IMG/VR virus record: IMGVR_UViG_3300046095_000082
Location: 1-35,025 of that record
Direction: 5' to 3' (one strand)
Source: a virus
Lineage: Duplodnaviria > Caudoviricetes
Length of the DNA: 35,025 nucleotides
Below, piece after piece: positions 23,866-32,617 of the stretch (the stretch's first letter is position 1; each line of letters begins with the position of its first letter). The position numbers and the translations under genes were made by a program. The notes beneath the pieces were generated by a model. It saw only the letters and a list, made by a program, of their open reading frames with translations, was not told the DNA's origin and ran no database searches.

Positions 23866-25959
23866 TTATGCCAGCAGCCCGCCTGGGCGTTTTTGGTTGA
23901 TCAGTTCCGTCTTGACCACGTTCGCAATGACGCGGCCCAGGTTGTCTGCGCCTTGGTCGCCCTTGACCTGGTCGCCGCCGTTCTCGACGCTGACGTTCAC
24001 GGTCACGTTGTTAATGCCGCCATCGCCTGAACCGCCACCCTTCATGGTCACAGGGATGGTGCGGCCGTCTGGCAGTGGGACGTAGGCTTCAGGCATGCGG
24101 CCTTCGCCGTAGACCGCCAGCTGCGGACTGTTGGCGATGCCGCCGTTCGAATAGGTCTTCAGCGGCATGGGGCCGCCGTCGGTCATGATGCCTCCGTTTG
24201 CAAAACCGAAACCAGCTTTGGCGGCCGCCATCAGTGGCGCCATGATCTGCTGCTGGATCAGCATGCGGGCCATGTCCGCCAGGATGCTGCTGGCCAGCGA
24301 CTTGAAGTTCAGTTTTCCGGTCATCACGAAGTTGACCAGCGCGTCTTCCATGCCGCGGAACGCGTTGCTGAACGCTTGTTCGGTGGCGCGCGACACGTCC
24401 TGGATCTGGTCCACGTAGCTGTTGAATGCGCGTTTGGCGCCAGATTCGAACGTGCGCGACTGTTCGAAATTAACCTGCTTAATGCCTTCTTTCATCTTGA
24501 ACAGCGCGTCGGCTGTCTCACGATAGCGGGCCGCATCTTCGGCACTCATTTTCTTGGTGGCTTCGGCCACTTCCAGTTCGTGCTGCTTGGCCGCCACCAG
24601 CTTTTCGTATTCGCGGGCGGTCATGTTGACCTGCTCACCTTCCAGGCGCAGCATTTCAATGGCGCCGGCGTCTTTGCGGGCCAGCTCCTGGATCTTTTGC
24701 AACGTCTGGGCGCCGTCGATCTGCTTGGCGATGTTCTCAAGCTGTTGTCGCTGGCCTTTGCTCAAGTCCTTGTATCGCTCGTTCTCCAACGTGCGCAGCA
24801 ATTCCTCGGCCTTGGTCAGTTCTCCGATCTTGGACAGCTGTTCTTCCAGCGACTTTTTCAGCTTATCAAATTCGGTTTCTTTGCCGGCGCCGAAGTCGAA
24901 GCCGCCGCCGCCAGATCCAGCCGGCGACCTTGGTGGTGTGGGTCCACTGCTGGCAGGTGCGCGGCCAGCGTTGATGATCCCCTCGCTGAAGGCGTCGATT
25001 TCCTTGCGCGCGGCGGCAGCGTCGGTGCGCATTTTTTCACCAATCTGGCTGAACCCTTTGAAGTCCAGCTGCGCCAGTGCGCCCATTTGTTGGACGATGC
25101 CGACGATCTCGTTTTTGATCTGCACCAGCACGTAGCCGACGTTGGCGGCCAGCACGACGATGGTTTCGAACGCCATGCGCAGGCCGTTCATGAACATGTC
25201 GAACATGCCACCGGTCCCTGCAGACTGCAGCAGGCTTTCAGCCAAGAAATTCAGCTGCGGCAGCAGCTCGTTGGCCACGTTCATGCCCAGCATGGACACC
25301 GAACGATTGATCCTGGTCAGGTTGTCGTTGAACTCGTCGGCCGCTGATGCCATCGCGCCAGTGAAGCGGCCACCCAAGCGGTCCAGCTCGGCGCCGGCGT
25401 CACGGATGGCGTCACCGCCAGCGTTCAGCAGCGGGATGATCTCGGCTGCGCTCTTGCCGAACACGCGCTGTGCTGCGGCTGCTTTTTCCCATCCGTCGGG
25501 CATGGCTGAAATTCTGTCCGCGATCTTGGCCAGCGCTTCTGTCGTTGTGATGCTGCCGGACTGCAGCGCCTGCGCGCTGATGCCGAACTGCGCAAACGTG
25601 GCCGATGCCTCACGGCTGCCACCCGCTGCCTCTGACATGTTTTTGGCCAGTTTGCCCAAGGCGCCAGAAACAGCGTCCAGGGTCGTGCCGTTCAGCTGCG
25701 CAGCCAGGCCAAGGGCGTCCAATTCCTCGACCGCAATGCCGGTCTTTTGGCGCATGTCGTTCAGCTTGTCGGCTGTGTCAATGGCGCCCTTGATCATGCC
25801 CACAAAGCCACCAAGCACGGCAGCGCCACCCAAGGCCAAGAACGCGCCTTTGACCCTGCTGACGGTGCCATCCAAGCGGTCCATGGTGGTTCGCAGCTGG
25901 TCGACAGCCTGCTGGCCTGTGACGCCAGCGGAAATCTTCAGCGCGACATTCATGTCCAT
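23866..25959 (-). CDS. Tail tape measure protein
   Basis: 697 aa Ala-rich helical protein; lambda-type C-terminus (FV.TGKLNF, GE...EA..PL, QKRPGGLL). Confidence 0.92.
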   Translation of the reverse strand: MDMNVALKISAGVTGQQAVDQLRTTMDRLDGTVSRVKGAFLALGGAAVLGGFVGMIKGAIDTADKLNDMRQKTGIAVEELDALGLAAQLNGTTLDAVSGALGKLAKNMSEAAGGSREASATFAQFGISAQALQSGSITTTEALAKIADRISAMPDGWEKAAAAQRVFGKSAAEIIPLLNAGGDAIRDAGAELDRLGGRFTGAMASAADEFNDNLTRINRSVSMLGMNVANELLPQLNFLAESLLQSAGTGGMFDMFMNGLRMAFETIVVLAANVGYVLVQIKNEIVGIVQQMGALAQLDFKGFSQIGEKMRTDAAAARKEIDAFSEGIINAGRAPASSGPTPPRSPAGSGGGGFDFGAGKETEFDKLKKSLEEQLSKIGELTKAEELLRTLENERYKDLSKGQRQQLENIAKQIDGAQTLQKIQELARKDAGAIEMLRLEGEQVNMTAREYEKLVAAKQHELEVAEATKKMSAEDAARYRETADALFKMKEGIKQVNFEQSRTFESGAKRAFNSYVDQIQDVSRATEQAFSNAFRGMEDALVNFVMTGKLNFKSLASSILADMARMLIQQQIMAPLMAAAKAGFGFANGGIMTDGGPMPLKTYSNGGIANSPQLAVYGEGRMPEAYVPLPDGRTIPVTMKGGGSGDGGINNVTVNVSVENGGDQVKGDQGADNLGRVIANVVKTELINQKRPGGLLA

Positions 25960-25962
25960 GGG

Positions 25963-26298
25963 TCAGTCCTTGCGTTTATTCAGTACCTGCAGCGCTGCCA
26001 TTTCCATGGCCTGCAGGTCGTCCATCATTTCGGCCTGGTTGGCCACTGCCCCGATTGTAAATAGAAACTGGACGCTCTGGTAATTCAGACCGATGAAACC
26101 GCCTTCGATCACGTTCCACTGCGTCTGCAATTTCAAAAACAGCATCAGCGCGTCCGTGTTTTCTTCCCAGATCTCAAATTCGTCTTTTGACGTGTCGATG
26201 CTTTGGATCATCTCAATGGGCGCACCAAACGCGGCCAGGTCGTCGGCCGTGTCATCTTTAACGCCGCCCCGTGCCCAGTGCTGGGCGGCGTCTGCTAG
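25963..26298 (-). CDS. Tail assembly chaperone gpT part (DUF1799-like), reached by -1 frameshift
   Basis: The frame is open from the slippery site through 'EIWEEN...F....TQW...GLNY...ME..AL'. Confidence 0.85.
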   Translation of the reverse strand, partial: LADAAQHWARGGVKDDTADDLAAFGAPIEMIQSIDTSKDEFEIWEENTDALMLFLKLQTQWNVIEGGFIGLNYQSVQFLFTIGAVANQAEMMDDLQAMEMAALQVLNKRKD

Positions 26299-26633
26299 TT
26301 TTTTCGCTTGGCGCCGCTGATGCTTTCGAACAACGCCATGACGACCGAACTGGCCACCATCGGGATGTCCAGCATGTCGTCGCGTGCGCTCTCGCTGAAC
26401 GGCACGTCGCCGTCGTCATTGGTCACGCCAGACCAGTCCACCATGACTTCGCGTGCCAGCTCGACGTCGGTGATTTCGGACTTCTCGATGGCTGTGCGAA
26501 TCTCTTGAATGCGGGTTTGCGACAGGCGCTTGAACGTCACATCGAACGTCGATTTTTCGGTGCGGCCGCCATCCACTGGGAAGTGAACAGCGACGGGCCA
26601 TTTGTACTGGGTGACTTTGCTGATCTTGAACAT
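26295..26633 (-). CDS. Tail assembly chaperone gpG
   Basis: Lies between tail tube and tape measure; ends in A-AAA-AAC-TAG; GGAG RBS. Confidence 0.85.
   Translation of the reverse strand: MFKISKVTQYKWPVAVHFPVDGGRTEKSTFDVTFKRLSQTRIQEIRTAIEKSEITDVELAREVMVDWSGVTNDDGDVPFSESARDDMLDIPMVASSVVMALFESISGAKRKN
26298..26304 (-). promoter_or_regulatory. Programmed -1 frameshift slippery heptamer AAAAAAC
   Basis: X-XXY-YYZ heptamer just before the gpG stop; the -1 frame is continuous with the downstream ORF. Confidence 0.85.
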
Positions 26634-26650
26634 TTTTAGAACTCCAATAG

Positions 26651-26673
26651 GAAAGCCCGCTGGGTAGCGGGCT
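26651..26673 (-). terminator. Hairpin/weak terminator after the tail tube gene
   Basis: AGCCCGCT-N4-AGCGGGCT followed by a short T run. Confidence 0.6.
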
Positions 26674-26692
26674 AGGGGTGGGGCAGGGTGGT

Positions 26693-27625
26693 TTATTTGA
26701 CCACGATGCTGATTTCGTCGTTGCCTGAAGTGCTTGGCACGAACGTCAGTGGCACCTGCAGCATGTGGATGCCGTTCTGGTCCTGGTATGTTGGGTTCGA
26801 CACGTCCACACGGCTGGACAAGATCTGCACCTTGTTGCCGGCTGTTGTGCCATGCGTGATGTCCAATGCTCCAAGCGTTGAACCCAGGGCCAAGGTGAAG
26901 AAGTCTTTTGTGGCGATGGTTGGCGCTTCGAACACCACCTGGCCGTTCACCTGGCGATCCGTCATCAGCACATCTTCAGCGCCGATCAATGAACGGTACT
27001 GCACGGCGTTGTTGAGGTTGATGTTCAATGATTCCAACGCGCCAGCGTAGCTGAACAGGCTGAAGCCAGTTGTGTTATCGCTGTTGGCGGCCAGTGGGGT
27101 CTGAAACGCCGTGTATGTGACGGACGGTGCAGCTGTGTCAGTTGGTGCGTTGTACAGGCCGGTGAACGTGAATTTGAACACGGGGATCTGGCGCGAATTG
27201 ATTGTCATCTCCACGTTGCCACGGGCACCGGTGACTTTGTGCAGCACGCCGTCCACGTTGTAGTACATGGTGACGGACTTGAATGACGATGACACGGGCG
27301 CATATGTCACAGACGTGATCGCCACGATGGTTTCATTCATGCCGCAAGCCTGCAGCAGCGGGCCGTATGCGGGCGCAGTACCAGCTGCACCTGAACCTGC
27401 CATTTCGACTTCGAATTCGACGCCAACATAAGATGACGCGATCAGCTGCTCGGACGCGCCAAGGTAAGGGCGCACCAGGTCGCGGCTGACGTTTTCAGCG
27501 TTCAATGGTGTGATCGACAGGTTGCGAACCAGAATGGCGTTGGCCGAACCCGTCGGGGTTGGGTCTGTGCCGTATGTGGTTTCGATCTTTGCCAAGATCG
27601 TGCGTTTGCGTGAAAGTAGTGCCAT
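26693..27625 (-). CDS. Major tail tube protein
   Basis: 310 aa Thr/Ser-rich; 'ILAKIETTYG.DP', 'YGPLLQACG'; position before gpG. Confidence 0.85.
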   Translation of the reverse strand: MALLSRKRTILAKIETTYGTDPTPTGSANAILVRNLSITPLNAENVSRDLVRPYLGASEQLIASSYVGVEFEVEMAGSGAAGTAPAYGPLLQACGMNETIVAITSVTYAPVSSSFKSVTMYYNVDGVLHKVTGARGNVEMTINSRQIPVFKFTFTGLYNAPTDTAAPSVTYTAFQTPLAANSDNTTGFSLFSYAGALESLNINLNNAVQYRSLIGAEDVLMTDRQVNGQVVFEAPTIATKDFFTLALGSTLGALDITHGTTAGNKVQILSSRVDVSNPTYQDQNGIHMLQVPLTFVPSTSGNDEISIVVK

Positions 27626-27655
27626 GGTGAAGACCTCGCGTGATGTGTTCGGATT

Positions 27656-28075
27656 TTAACTCAGGGAATTAAGCGCTGTTCGGTACTGCGCTGTGAATTC
27701 TGCGGACACGACACCAGCGGGCTGATCAGCCTCGATGGTTTCGAATGAAACCGTGGTCGGCAGCAGCTGGATGACCAAGCCGTCCAGCGTGTCGTCGGCC
27801 ATCAGTTTGCTGTGGACGTCCAACATGGCTGGGTCGGCCAGCTGGTCTGGCACCGCACCACGCACAATGACGGACACGCGGAAAGTCAGCGTCCACATCA
27901 GCGTGCCCAGTGTGTCCTGTTCTGCTGCGTCGCTGACAGGCTCGACCACGATGGCTGGTGCCTCGCCACGGGCCAATGGCTCGACGCGGCTGCGATAGAT
28001 GCGGGTGCTGACGCCAGTGGTGCCGGCCAATGCCGTCACGATGCGCTGCAGGATGGTTTCGCGCTTGCTGGCCAT
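27656..28075 (-). CDS. Tail terminator (gpU-like)
   Basis: 'SKRE.IL...RIYRSR..P....E.PAI.V'; position in the neck module. Confidence 0.75.
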   Translation of the reverse strand: MASKRETILQRIVTALAGTTGVSTRIYRSRVEPLARGEAPAIVVEPVSDAAEQDTLGTLMWTLTFRVSVIVRGAVPDQLADPAMLDVHSKLMADDTLDGLVIQLLPTTVSFETIEADQPAGVVSAEFTAQYRTALNSLS

Positions 28076-28077
28076 GG

Positions 28078-28356
28078 TCAGACTTTCGACAGGTAGACGA
28101 TGCTGAATTTGCCGTCGTCCTGGGCGCGGACTTCGCGCACGGTGAACGCGGCGCCGTCGACGGTCAGGCTGTCGGCATATTTCAAATTGGGGTACACGCT
28201 CGACTTGATGGTCAGCGCGTAGTCGGTCGTGATGACCATGCCGCCTGCGATGACTTCGCTGGGCATATCCAGGACGCCAGTGGTCGTGGTCGTGCCATCG
28301 GTGACTGTGACACCGAAGTCAGCCAGGAAGGCGTCCAGGTTCTCACTTAGCGCCAC
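28078..28356 (-). CDS. Head-tail joining protein (gpFII-like)
   Basis: 92 aa beta protein 'FLADFG...L.VDG..F.VR...DDG'. Confidence 0.75.
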   Translation of the reverse strand: MALSENLDAFLADFGVTVTDGTTTTTGVLDMPSEVIAGGMVITTDYALTIKSSVYPNLKYADSLTVDGAAFTVREVRAQDDGKFSIVYLSKV

Positions 28357-28591
28357 GGCGCTTTCCCTTTGGCGCGGCGGTGGCCACGATAGCTTCGGCG
28401 TTCTCTGTGGTCAGCTCGTCGCCTTCGACGGCTTCGACAGCGGTTTCAGATTCAGGTTCGTCACCACCAACGGCCACAGCCTTGCCCAAGGCGATCAGCA
28501 TTTTGGCTTCGTTGTCGTCCAGATCCACGGTGGAACCTTCGCGGACGAATTGCTTGTTGGCGACAGTGGTGCGGGTGATTCGAACTTGCAT
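28343..28591 (-). CDS. Small head-associated protein (possibly gpFI-like)
   Basis: Immediately after the capsid gene; 'EAK.LIALGKA' plus acidic linker and basic tail. Confidence 0.55.
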   Translation of the reverse strand: MQVRITRTTVANKQFVREGSTVDLDDNEAKMLIALGKAVAVGGDEPESETAVEAVEGDELTTENAEAIVATAAPKGKRRGAK

Positions 28592-28616
28592 TTGAAATCG
28601 CTTTCAATGTTTGGAT

Positions 28617-28646
28617 GGGAAAGGGGCCGGATTGCTCCGGCCCCTT
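28617..28646 (-). terminator. Terminator after the capsid gene
   Basis: AAGGGGCCGGA-GCAA-TCCGGCCCCTTT. Confidence 0.8.
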
Positions 28647-28657
28647 ATTGTCACCGA

Positions 28658-30502
28658 TTAGGCGATGCTTGCGTTGCCGTAGCAGAACGACACTGCGTTG
28701 CGGACAGCGATGTCGCAGTCTTGCAATGCGATGACGCGCACGGTGCCGCTTGTGGCGCCAGCGTATGGGTCGACCATCAAGTCCAAACCAGACCAGAAAC
28801 CGATCATCAAGTCAGACCAGTTACCGAACCACACGTCGCCGGCGGTCACTTGGGTGGACACTTCGGTGCGGTAGCCGTTCACGGTGTTGCCTGGTTCCCA
28901 GATGAACTGGCCAGTGCTGGATGCTTTCTCGGTTGTCTTGAAAGCGCCGCGCTGTGCTGGGTTCACCAAGTAGGCCAAGCTGCCGATGTCAGCGTTGTCG
29001 GTTGCCACTTCGGTTTCGATGCCAACGACTTCAGCGAACGTGGGGTTCGTTGCTGCGAAGTCTTTGGTGTTGATGCCGCTGATGTTCTTCAAGCCAGTAG
29101 GCTGGTTGTTCGAACCTGTGCCGTACAAGGCAGCAGTGTCGATGGCCAAGGCCAACACGGCTGACAAATCGCGGCGAACCATGTTCTCGACGTCCACGCT
29201 GGACTGCAAGATCAAGCGGCGGCTGAAGTCGGTGAAGGCACCAACAGTCTTGGGTGACATGGTGACTTGGGCCAAAGTCTGTTGGCTCTCTGTCGGTGCG
29301 CCAGATTCAGCGACCCAGTAGGCTGTTGCAGCAGCAGACTGCTTGGGGATGGCGACGTTGCCAGACAAACCGTTCATCACGGTAGCGCCAGCGCGGATTG
29401 CCACAGCGCGGTTGCGCAACATCTCGATGAAGCTGTCAGCCATCAGTTCGGTGGCCACGGCGTAGCCGCCAGCGTTGCTGGTGCCGGCAGTCAGGTCACG
29501 CTTGTTAGCGCGCAAGATCTCGCCTGGCACGAAGATGCCGCGTGATGCTTTGCCGGCAGCCTTGGCGCCAGCGTCAGACACTTCGCGTTCGAATGCAGCA
29601 GCTGCCCATGCGGCTTTGTCGCCAGGGTTAGCCAACGCGTTCATGGCGCGCAGGAAAGAGAACTGGCGAACTTCTTTGTCGCTCAGGCCGATGTCGGCTT
29701 CTTTGCCGGTTACAGGTTTTTGGTCCACTTTGATTTCCTCTAAGAAAATTGCGCGGGCTTCGTCCATGGACTTGCCCTCATTGATAAGTTTGCGGCTCAA
29801 CTCGGATGCGTTGAAACGCTCTCCAAGTGCGCTGATGTTGGCAATGCGGGCGCGCTCGGCTTCAGCAGCCTGCGTAGCGACCACCTGCACGTCCACAGCG
29901 GGTGTGGTTTGCTCGGTCATGGTTGGTTCCTCGATGGTAACGTCCGCAGGCTGTGCGGATTCCTCAGAAATGCGATGCACAACGACATCGCGCTCATCGT
30001 TGGTCACAGAACGGCCAATACCCACGGTGGGGTCGGCCGGCACTGTGACCAGCGATACTTCGTACGGCTCCCATTTGGTTGCCGTAAATGTGGACACGCC
30101 ATCACGGATGGATTCGACCATCTCGCTGATGCGGTAGCCGAATGAAACGTTGCGCAGGATGCCGTCTTGCACCATGCCCAAGGCTTCCTCGGAATCTTCG
30201 GTTTTGGCGAAACGCACGCGGCACCAGCCACGGCCGTCTTGCAGCCAGGCTTTTTCAACGACGCCACGGATCTCGTCCATGTCGTGGTTAAACAGCAAAG
30301 GTGCGGCGTTGTTCAAACGGCCAAGGTCGGCAGCGCCGGTCTTGTGGCTCAAAACTTCCATGCCGAAATAGCGTTCGACAGGTTCCTCGCTCGAAAACGG
30401 AAATTCGATGACGCGTTCTTCGGCGAAGACTTTTACTTCTTCGACTTGTTGAATTGCTCGCGTCAGCTGCGGAAGCTGGAATCGCTTTTCGGTGTTTTGC
30501 AT
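28658..30502 (-). CDS. Prohead protease-major capsid fusion (HK97 fold)
   Basis: N-terminal protease (LLFNH, VSFGY, EVSLV.VPAD), scaffold-like linker, capsid motifs (AYWVAE, DTAALYGTG..NQP.G, FGNWS). Confidence 0.92.
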   Translation of the reverse strand: MQNTEKRFQLPQLTRAIQQVEEVKVFAEERVIEFPFSSEEPVERYFGMEVLSHKTGAADLGRLNNAAPLLFNHDMDEIRGVVEKAWLQDGRGWCRVRFAKTEDSEEALGMVQDGILRNVSFGYRISEMVESIRDGVSTFTATKWEPYEVSLVTVPADPTVGIGRSVTNDERDVVVHRISEESAQPADVTIEEPTMTEQTTPAVDVQVVATQAAEAERARIANISALGERFNASELSRKLINEGKSMDEARAIFLEEIKVDQKPVTGKEADIGLSDKEVRQFSFLRAMNALANPGDKAAWAAAAFEREVSDAGAKAAGKASRGIFVPGEILRANKRDLTAGTSNAGGYAVATELMADSFIEMLRNRAVAIRAGATVMNGLSGNVAIPKQSAAATAYWVAESGAPTESQQTLAQVTMSPKTVGAFTDFSRRLILQSSVDVENMVRRDLSAVLALAIDTAALYGTGSNNQPTGLKNISGINTKDFAATNPTFAEVVGIETEVATDNADIGSLAYLVNPAQRGAFKTTEKASSTGQFIWEPGNTVNGYRTEVSTQVTAGDVWFGNWSDLMIGFWSGLDLMVDPYAGATSGTVRVIALQDCDIAVRNAVSFCYGNASIA

Positions 30503-30504
30503 AG

Positions 30505-30568
30505 TTTCCCCAGGTAGTACCGGATAGTGCTCTGGGGAAATTATACCGCCAAGTCAGCGATCACTGAC
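30505..30568 (-). promoter_or_regulatory. Capsid promoter region: palindrome, TATAAT and RBS-occluding hairpin
   Basis: GTCAGTGATCGCTGAC, 7 nt, TATAAT, then TTTCCCCAG...CTGGGGAAA ending 2 nt before the ATG. Confidence 0.55.
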
Positions 30569-32054
30569 TTTGGCTGACGTCCGATGATTGGTCGGGCGCT
30601 TGCGTCGCGCCGTTTCCGGCCACCGCCGACGGGTCGGTGTCGAACACCAGATCCATGTCGGCCGCCATTTGCATTTCGCGCTGGCGCTGCTGGAACACGT
30701 CTTCGATGTCGCCGCCACCCGATGCAATGACGTCCGCCTGCGTCGTGAAACCACAGCGCACAGCCTCTTTGTAGGCGGCGATCTCTTTGACGGGATCGAC
30801 CCACTGCCAGCCGCGCGGGATCCAGCGCACTTCGCGGTAGGGTTCTGGGTTCAGGTTGTAGCCTGGCATGACCAGCTCACCGGAAAGCTCGGCCAGGTCC
30901 AGCCATTCCTCAAACACCGGTTTGTGGAAATTCTCGATCATCCACGACTGCAGCACGCGCCAGTTGTCGCGGTCGTCCAGCAAGGCCAGACGGCTGCTGC
31001 TGTAGTTGGTGTCGCTGTAGTCACGCGACAGTGTGGCGTAGCTCACGCCAATGCCGGCCGCCATCGACCGCAGCATGGCGCGCACGAACGGTTCGAACTG
31101 GCCACCTGGTCGGTTGGGCTTGCTCTCGGTGTATGTCTCACCAGGCTGCAGGCGCTCGATCTTGCCAGGCTCGAAGTTGGTCACAGCTTGGCCGCCTTCG
31201 GTGCCGTCCTGCAGCGCGTCTTCCTCTGGCGATTGAATGAAACCCATGCGGCAGGCTTCGGCGCGGGCCGCGATGACCTCGGCTTCGGTGTAGCCGCCAA
31301 GGTGGTGCATGCGCATGATCGCGCTGGCCAACCATGGCACGCCACGGGTCTGGCCTGGGCGGTCCTGCTTGTAAAGGTGGATCACTTCTTCGGCTGGGAT
31401 GCGCTTGGTCGTGTTGTCCACGGCGCCGGCGCCAAACGGGTAGTCGCCAGGGTGGTCGCGCTTGAAGTGGTACGCCACAGGTCGGCCCCAGCTGTTGCGC
31501 TCGACGCCCATGCGGATCTCGTTGCCGTTGCGGGCAATTTCGTTCAGCATTTCGTCCAGTCGGTCAGCCTCGATGATCTCAAGTGCCAGCGGTGTCTTGC
31601 TCTTGCCGAATGTGTAGTTGACCTTGCGCACGAACACTTCGCCGGATTCGGCGACGGCGTGCATGACCTGGCGCTCGATGTCGTTGAACGACAGGGTGCC
31701 GCCAGTGTGGCAGTTGGTCTTGCGCTTCCAGTTCGCCCAGGCTTTTTCGATGGCCGTGTTGGTGGCGTCGTCCATCTTGTTGCCGCGGCGCATCTTGACC
31801 GATGCCTGCATGCTGATGCCTTGGCCCACCACGTTGTTGGTGATGACGCGCAGGGCGTTCTTGGCGTAATCGTTGTTGCGTGCCAGATCGCGTGCGCGTT
31901 CGCGCAGCTTTTTCAGGTCCTTGCGGATCTCTGCGTCCATGCTGGTGCTGCTAGTCACCCAGTCCGACACCAGACGGTTATACATGCCGCCCTCAAATGA
32001 ACGACGACGTGGGACAGCCTTGGGCTTTCCTTTGAACCAGTCACGAATTCCCAT
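30561..32054 (-). CDS. Portal protein, lambda family
   Basis: 'LRERARDL.RNN', 'RPGQ.RG.PW', 'NYSSSR', 'W.WVDP.KE'. Confidence 0.95.
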   Translation of the reverse strand: MGIRDWFKGKPKAVPRRRSFEGGMYNRLVSDWVTSSTSMDAEIRKDLKKLRERARDLARNNDYAKNALRVITNNVVGQGISMQASVKMRRGNKMDDATNTAIEKAWANWKRKTNCHTGGTLSFNDIERQVMHAVAESGEVFVRKVNYTFGKSKTPLALEIIEADRLDEMLNEIARNGNEIRMGVERNSWGRPVAYHFKRDHPGDYPFGAGAVDNTTKRIPAEEVIHLYKQDRPGQTRGVPWLASAIMRMHHLGGYTEAEVIAARAEACRMGFIQSPEEDALQDGTEGGQAVTNFEPGKIERLQPGETYTESKPNRPGGQFEPFVRAMLRSMAAGIGVSYATLSRDYSDTNYSSSRLALLDDRDNWRVLQSWMIENFHKPVFEEWLDLAELSGELVMPGYNLNPEPYREVRWIPRGWQWVDPVKEIAAYKEAVRCGFTTQADVIASGGGDIEDVFQQRQREMQMAADMDLVFDTDPSAVAGNGATQAPDQSSDVSQSQ

Positions 32055-32614
32055 TATTTGCCCCCAAATCGAACATAGACCGCGCGGCCACTATCCAAAC
32101 CCTGCGCTATGCGCTTGCGTCGCGTTTCGCGCGCCACGTCAGACTTCAGTTTGGTTTCCAAGGCAATCAAATCGGCCATGGGCATTTTCTTCAGCGACCG
32201 GTTGCCGATGCTGTATTCCTGAACGCTGCCGCCCTCGATGCGTGCGCGCATTTCGGCACGGATGGCATCCAGGTCTTTTTCGAATTGGGTGCGGCCGTCG
32301 AAAGCGCCGGTGGTCACCGCGACGTTGGCCTGCACTTCCATGCTGCCGGTGGAGATGGTGAATCGCTCACTGCCTGCGCTCACGTAGTCCTGGAACCAGA
32401 CCGTGCCGGTGCCCAGCGTGGCCGACTGTGTGGCGCTGATGGTGAAGTCCCAGCTGCCACCAGCGGCTGCAGATCCGACGATATTCAGCGCGTCGGCGTC
32501 AGTGCGGTGGCGCAGCGAAACCGTCCGTGTCCAGCTTGCGCTGTTGTAGTCGGGTGTGGCCGGCTCGTTCCACTTTACAGTGTCGCCAGCGAAGATCAGG
32601 GCAGGGACGTTCAT
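32054..32614 (-). CDS. Head completion protein (gpW-like C-terminus plus extra N-terminal beta domain)
   Basis: Between terminase and portal; C-terminal 'VQEYSIGNRSL....ADL' gpW pattern. Confidence 0.7.
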   Translation of the reverse strand: MNVPALIFAGDTVKWNEPATPDYNSASWTRTVSLRHRTDADALNIVGSAAAGGSWDFTISATQSATLGTGTVWFQDYVSAGSERFTISTGSMEVQANVAVTTGAFDGRTQFEKDLDAIRAEMRARIEGGSVQEYSIGNRSLKKMPMADLIALETKLKSDVARETRRKRIAQGLDSGRAVYVRFGGK

Positions 32615-32617
32615 GGT

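Noticed and set aside
30588-32000. 470-aa plus-strand ORF (and similar long antisense ORFs at 24376-26083, 28229-29164, 9084-10043)
   Set aside because: Shadow frames opposite clearly recognisable genes, expected from GC-rich codon bias; no motifs or RBS.
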